Positions 50,211-54,599 of a DNA stretch of 54,599 nt are shown piece after piece (position 1 is the first letter of the stretch; each line of letters starts with the position of its first letter). Source of the DNA: Coriobacteriales bacterium (GTDB taxonomy: Bacteria > Actinomycetota > Coriobacteriia > Coriobacteriales > UBA8131); assembly GCA_031272005.1 (NCBI GenBank), contig JAISUQ010000060.1:1-54599 (forward strand), given 5' to 3'. The position numbers and the translations under genes were made by a program. The notes beneath the pieces are model-generated. The model made no database searches. It was not told the DNA's origin and saw nothing but the letters and a program-made list of their open reading frames with translations.

Positions 50211-52823
50211 ATGTCGCACTACGAGCACTTTGCGCCCTATGACCCGCACTCAATCGAGCCGCATTGGCAGGCTGCCTGGCAGGAAGCCGGCGCTGATGCC
50301 GTACGCACCGAGGGCGACAAGCCATATTACTACGCTTTGGAGATGTTCCCCTATCCATCCGGCGATGTGCATATGGGGCATGTCCGCAACTATTCCATCG
50401 GCGATGTGGTCAGCCGCTACAAGCGGATGCGCGGCTTCAACGTGCTGCACCCCATCGGCTGGGACGCCTTCGGCATGCCGGCCGAGAACGCCGCCATCAA
50501 GCAGAACTCCAGCCCGGCCGCCTGGACCTACGCCAACATCGACCGCCAGCGCCAGTCGCTGAAGCGCCTGGGCTTCTCCTACGATTGGGACCGTACCGTC
50601 ATCACTTCCGATGTCGATTATTATCGCTGGGGGCAGTGGATCTTCCTCAAGCTCTGGGAGCAGGGTCTGGTGGAGCGCAAGAGCTCACCGGTCAACTGGT
50701 GCCCCAGTTGCGCCACCGTACTGGCCAACGAGCAGGTGCTGGGGGACGGCGAGTGCTGGCGTTGCCACAGCCATGTGCAGCGCAAGGAGCTGGAGCAATG
50801 GTTCTTCAAGATCACTAACTACGCCCAGGAGCTGCTGGACGATCTGGATAAACTCAGCGGCTGGCCGGAGCGGGTCAAGCAGATGCAGGCCAACTGGATT
50901 GGCCGCTCCACTGGCGCCGAGGTCGACTTCACCTTATGCGACGCAGACGGCGAGCCCACCGATGAGCTGATCACCGTCTTCACCACCCGGCCAGACACCC
51001 TGTTCGGCTGCACTTTCTTTCTGCTGGCGCCGGAGCATCCGCTGGTTCAGAAGTTGGTAGCCGGCACAGAACAGGAAGCTGAGGTTGCCGAAGTGGTTGC
51101 CGCCGCCGCCAGCGCCTCGGCGGTAGAGCGCTCCAAGGGCGAGCGGGAGAAGCTCGGCGCCTTCACCGGCCGCTATGTGGTCAACCCGATCAACGACGAT
51201 AAAGTGCCAATTTGGATAGCAGATTATGTGCTCATGGACTACGGCACCGGCGCGGTGATGGCCGTGCCCTCTGGCGATCAGCGCGATTTCGAGTTCGCCC
51301 GCAAATACGGCCTGCCCATCCCACCGGTGGTCATCCCGGAGGGCGAGTTCTTCTTCAACTCCCTGAAGAACCAGCCCAACCGGGTGATGTTCGAGGTGCT
51401 CTGGAACGAGGCCTACGACGGGCCGGGCACGATGGTCCAAAGCGGCGAGTTCACCGGTATGCCTGGCGGCAAGGACTCCGAGGGCTCTGCCGCCGTCATC
51501 GCCAAGCTGGAGTCGATGGGTCGCGGGCGGCCCACCATCAACTTCCGCCTGCGCGACTGGCTGATCTCGCGCCAGCGTTACTGGGGCAACCCCATCCCGG
51601 CCATCCACTGCCCCAACTGCGGTATCGTGCCGGTACCGGAGGCTGATCTGCCAGTGGTGCTGCCGATGGACATCGACGTCACCACAGGTGAGACGCTGGC
51701 CGACCGCCCGGAGTTCTACGACGTCACCTGCCCGCAGTGCGGCGCCAGTGCCCACCGCGAGACCGATACCATGGACACCTTCACCTGCTCCTCCTGGTAT
51801 TACCTGCGCTATACCGACCCGCACAACACCGAGCTGCCCTTTGACCGCGCAGCCGTGGACAGCTGGATGCCGGTCGACCAGTACATCGGCGGCATCGAGC
51901 ACGCCATTCTCCACTTGCTTTACTCCCGTTTCTTCACCAAGGCCCTGCGCGATGTGGGGCTGTTGGGCTTTGACGAGCCGTTTGAGAACCTGCTGACCCA
52001 GGGCATGGTCAAACTCAACGGCGAGACGATGAGCAAGTCCAAGGGCAATGTGGTGGCGCCGGAGGATATGATCGCCCGCTTTGGCGCCGACGCCCTGCGC
52101 GTCTACATCCTGTTCATGGCGCCGCCGGATAAGGACCTGGATTGGCTGGAGAGTGGCCTGGAGGGCATCTCGCGTTTCCTCAACCGCCTCTGGCGGATGA
52201 TCTTCGACCTGGTTGGTGCGGCCTGCGAGAACACCTTCTACGAAGGGCCGCGCGACGAGGCTGCGGCTGCCTCTGCCTCTGCCTCTGCCGCGCTGACGCC
52301 GGAGGCCACTGCCGCCGCCCGCACCGTGCTGCGCGAACGTCATCGGGTGGTTGGTAAGGTCACCGAGGACATCGAGCGTTTCAACTTCAACACCGCCATC
52401 GCCGCCATCATGGAGCTGGCCAATGCCACCGGCAACTACCTGCGTTTTGCCGCCCCGCCGGCGCGGCTGGCCGATGCCAGCCAGCACGCCGTCGATGTCG
52501 AACTGGCCGAGACCTTCATTGCCCTGCTGGCCCCGATGGCACCGCACTGGGCGGAGGAACTCTGGCAAAACCTGCTTGGCCATAGCGATTCGGTACATCA
52601 ACAGGACTGGCCTGCGTTCGACCCGGCGCTGGCCGCAGCCGACGAGCTGGAGCTGGCCGTGCAGGTCAACGGCAAGGTGCGGGCGCGCATCACGGTCGCT
52701 GCCGATGCTGCCGAAGATGTGGTGCAGGCCGCCGCTCTGGCCGCTGTGGCCGCATACATCGAGGGCAAGGAGCCCAAGAAGCTGGTAGTGGTGCCAGGCA
52801 AGCTGGTCAGCGTGGTTGTCTGA
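50211..52823 (+). CDS. leuS: Leucine--tRNA ligase
   Basis: The start is at [11 protein letters not shown] after RBS CAGGAGGAG. 870 aa. The HIGH-type motif is [11 protein letters not shown] and the KMSKS motif is present (TMSKSKGN), together with a CP1 editing domain. Confidence 0.97.
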   Translation: MSHYEHFAPYDPHSIEPHWQAAWQEAGADAVRTEGDKPYYYALEMFPYPSGDVHMGHVRNYSIGDVVSRYKRMRGFNVLHPIGWDAFGMPAENAAIKQNSSPAAWTYANIDRQRQSLKRLGFSYDWDRTVITSDVDYYRWGQWIFLKLWEQGLVERKSSPVNWCPSCATVLANEQVLGDGECWRCHSHVQRKELEQWFFKITNYAQELLDDLDKLSGWPERVKQMQANWIGRSTGAEVDFTLCDADGEPTDELITVFTTRPDTLFGCTFFLLAPEHPLVQKLVAGTEQEAEVAEVVAAAASASAVERSKGEREKLGAFTGRYVVNPINDDKVPIWIADYVLMDYGTGAVMAVPSGDQRDFEFARKYGLPIPPVVIPEGEFFFNSLKNQPNRVMFEVLWNEAYDGPGTMVQSGEFTGMPGGKDSEGSAAVIAKLESMGRGRPTINFRLRDWLISRQRYWGNPIPAIHCPNCGIVPVPEADLPVVLPMDIDVTTGETLADRPEFYDVTCPQCGASAHRETDTMDTFTCSSWYYLRYTDPHNTELPFDRAAVDSWMPVDQYIGGIEHAILHLLYSRFFTKALRDVGLLGFDEPFENLLTQGMVKLNGETMSKSKGNVVAPEDMIARFGADALRVYILFMAPPDKDLDWLESGLEGISRFLNRLWRMIFDLVGAACENTFYEGPRDEAAAASASASAALTPEATAAARTVLRERHRVVGKVTEDIERFNFNTAIAAIMELANATGNYLRFAAPPARLADASQHAVDVELAETFIALLAPMAPHWAEELWQNLLGHSDSVHQQDWPAFDPALAAADELELAVQVNGKVRARITVAADAAEDVVQAAALAAVAAYIEGKEPKKLVVVPGKLVSVVV

Positions 52824-52914
52824 GATTGTCTGACGCCAGCAAACCGACATGGCAAACCGACATGGCGCTTGCACACCGCCCGCCAGGTTATGCTAGAATA
52901 GCAATTCCCCCTTC

Positions 52915-52989
52915 GGGCGTTTGGCGCAGCGGGAGCGCGATTCCTTCACACGGAATAGGTCACTGGTTCAATCCCAGTAACGCCCACCA
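52915..52989 (+). tRNA. tRNA-Val (anticodon CAC), CCA encoded
   Basis: Manual cloverleaf. Acceptor GGGCGTT/AACGCCC; D arm GCGC-AGCGGGA-GCGC; anticodon arm ATTCC-TTCACAC-GGAAT; variable AGGTC; T arm ACTGG-TTCAATC-CCAGT; discriminator A followed by CCA. A candidate promoter TTGCAC ... TGCTAGAAT lies upstream (52869-52899). Confidence 0.9.
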
Positions 52990-52998
52990 AACAATCAA

Positions 52999-53023
52999 CG
53001 GCCCCCAAGCGGGGCCGTTTTTG
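52999..53023 (+). terminator. Rho-independent terminator after tRNA-Val
   Basis: CGGCCCC-AAGC-GGGGCCG followed by TTTTTG. Confidence 0.8.
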
Positions 53024-53054
53024 TTGAAGCAACAACTGCAATAACCGCCCACCC

Positions 53055-53077
53055 GGGCGTTACTGGGGTTGAACCAG
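53055..53077 (-). repeat. Inverted 23-nt copy of the tRNA-Val T-arm / 3-prime acceptor segment
   Basis: GGGCGTTACTGGGGTTGAACCAG is the reverse complement of tRNA positions 52963-52985 (CTGGTTCAATCCCAGTAACGCCC), with one mismatch. Confidence 0.75.
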
Positions 53078-53089
53078 CTGGTTCTCGCA

Positions 53090-53113
53090 GCGTGTATGCT
53101 TTTGCATACACGC
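53090..53113. other. Perfect 10-bp stem hairpin or palindrome GCGTGTATGC-TTTT-GCATACACGC
   Basis: Read directly from the sequence. It lies about 110 nt upstream of the FAD oxidoreductase start, and no T-run follows on either strand. Confidence 0.45.
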
Positions 53114-53222
53114 CAGCGCCGCTGTGTCAAGGTTCTCCCCAACCCAATCCTTGTCGAACGCCGCGTGCGTCGAAGCGCTATAATTACCCCCAATGTTTCC
53201 CATCAATGTAAAGGGGCTTCTC

Positions 53223-54593
53223 GTGAGTGATACCAAGTATCGTGTGGCAGTAGTTGGCGCGGGCGCGGCTGGCGCCATGGCAGCTTATCGGCTCTGGCAG
53301 CGTCTCGGCGTCTGGGGCGACATCACCGTCTACGAGCGCAATGAGCACGCCGGCGGACGGGCCTGGGACGTCAACTGGGCCGGCACCCGCATCGAGGTCG
53401 GCGGCTCCATCCTGCACTCCTCCGGCCAGTACACCATGGAATTGATGGATTTCACCGGCTGCAAGGAGGGCCAATCCGGCCTGTCCATCGACGGCAAGGA
53501 TGAGACCTACGCCTTCTGGACCAGCGAGGGCTTCCCCATTCTCACCCATACCTCACTGGCTTCGATGGGTACCAACATCGTCAAGCACACCGGTCCGGTC
53601 TCGGCGCTGAAGCTGGTGCGCTCGGCCACGGCGATGGCCGACAAATGGGGCAAAATCTACGAGATACTGAAGTCCGGCGAGCTGTTCGACACGCCTCAGG
53701 ATATGCTGCGGCGGCTGGGGCTGTTCTCAGCCACGCAGATCTCGCTGCGCGGTGAGCTGTCGCGTTTGAACATCAACGACAAGATGATCAACGACGTGGT
53801 GGAGCCGATCGTCCACAATATGTACAACCAGGGTGGCGAGATTGCCGCGCTGGCTGGCGAAGTCGGCCTGGCTGGCGCCGGTCTGGCCGGCGGCTACCTG
53901 TTCTGCATCGACGGCGGCAACTGGACGCTCTACGACAAGACGCTGCGCAAGATTGGCGCCAACCTGCGTTACAACACTAAAGTGGAGAGAATCGAGGCCT
54001 ACCAACCGGCCGCCCGGGCGGAGAATGGCCACTACCGCTACCGCGTCTACACCAACGATGACGACCGTGGCGTGGAGTTTGATGCCGTGATTCTGGCCGC
54101 GCCCCTGGCCCTGGCCGATTTGAGCATCGACGTCGACGGCCAACCGCTGGAGTTGCCCATCTATCCCTATCAGGAAGTCCAGACCACCCTGGTGGCCGGC
54201 GAGCTGAATCCGGAGTATTTCGGTGCCGACCCGGCAAAAAAGCTGCCCTCGACGATTTTCACCGCCGACTCCACCGGCGCACCCTTCAAGAGCATCGGCA
54301 TCACCGGCTATTCTCCGCAATACGAAAGCCGCATCTACAAGATCTTCAGCGCTGAACACGTGATGACCGAAGCCGAATTGGACGCCATCTTCAGCCGCCG
54401 CCAGGACACCATGACCTTCGTCTGGCGCGGCGCCTACCCGATTATCCGCCCGGCCACCGAGCACGTGCCCTTCGTGCTGCAACCCGGTCTGTACTATGCC
54501 TGCGCCTTTGAGACGGCAGCCGGCGCCATAGAGGTGGAGTCGGTGGGCGGCTTCAACGTCGCCACCAAGTGCGCCCAGTACCTGGAGGGATAA
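53223..54593 (+). CDS. FAD-dependent oxidoreductase (prenylcysteine-oxidase-like / amine-oxidase fold)
   Basis: GTG start after AAAGGGG (VSDTKYRVAVVGAGAAGAMAAY...ERNEHAGGR), a classic GxGxxG plus E...GGR FAD fingerprint. 456 aa. The specific family assignment is tentative. Confidence 0.7.
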   Translation: MSDTKYRVAVVGAGAAGAMAAYRLWQRLGVWGDITVYERNEHAGGRAWDVNWAGTRIEVGGSILHSSGQYTMELMDFTGCKEGQSGLSIDGKDETYAFWTSEGFPILTHTSLASMGTNIVKHTGPVSALKLVRSATAMADKWGKIYEILKSGELFDTPQDMLRRLGLFSATQISLRGELSRLNINDKMINDVVEPIVHNMYNQGGEIAALAGEVGLAGAGLAGGYLFCIDGGNWTLYDKTLRKIGANLRYNTKVERIEAYQPAARAENGHYRYRVYTNDDDRGVEFDAVILAAPLALADLSIDVDGQPLELPIYPYQEVQTTLVAGELNPEYFGADPAKKLPSTIFTADSTGAPFKSIGITGYSPQYESRIYKIFSAEHVMTEAELDAIFSRRQDTMTFVWRGAYPIIRPATEHVPFVLQPGLYYACAFETAAGAIEVESVGGFNVATKCAQYLEG

Positions 54594-54599
54594 AGCCTT

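Overview
This is a visibly GC-rich chromosomal segment with strong G/C bias at third codon positions. It probably comes from a Gram-positive, anaerobic, high-GC actinobacterium of the Coriobacteriia type. That is an inference from the LPXTG pilus with class C sortases, the lipobox and Tat lipoproteins, the molybdoenzyme content and the gene order. All family calls come from motifs read by eye; no database search was possible.

Contents in order:
1. A VanZ/RDD membrane gene flanked by REP-like palindromes.
2. A minus-strand operon (1.5-8.9 kb) with a cytoplasmic pyrogallol-transhydroxylase-like Mo enzyme (alpha and beta subunits), a Zn-ADH, an FAD oxidoreductase and a CCG-domain Fe-S protein.
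3. An AbiEi/DUF559-like gene, an arylamine N-acetyltransferase, ppdK and a MerR regulator.
4. A sortase-dependent pilus operon: major pilin, two sortases and a small ORF.
5. moeA and a FecBCD-type ABC importer.
6. A conserved housekeeping block: rplS-rnhB-yraN-comM-dprA-trmFO-xerC.
7. An FTR1/P19/DUF2318/FtsX-FtsX-ATPase iron-uptake cluster.
8. A lower-GC islet with intact hipB, a decayed hipA and a small ORF broken by an in-frame TAG.
9. The most unusual item: a tight seven-gene cluster (40.2-47.5 kb). It holds two paralogous BioB-fold radical SAM proteins, a NitT/TauT-type ABC importer with a Cys-rich Tat lipoprotein, a class V cysteine desulfurase and an ArsM-like methyltransferase. I know no characterised pathway with this composition.
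10. A second lower-GC islet (AAA ATPase plus DUF4160), leuS, tRNA-Val(CAC) and an FAD oxidoreductase.

Non-coding structure is rich. There is a family of REP-like hairpins, at least four intergenic tandem arrays with 10-13 bp periods, several operator-like palindromes and an inverted partial copy of the tRNA 3-prime end. No CRISPR array, rRNA, transposase or integrase other than xerC was seen.
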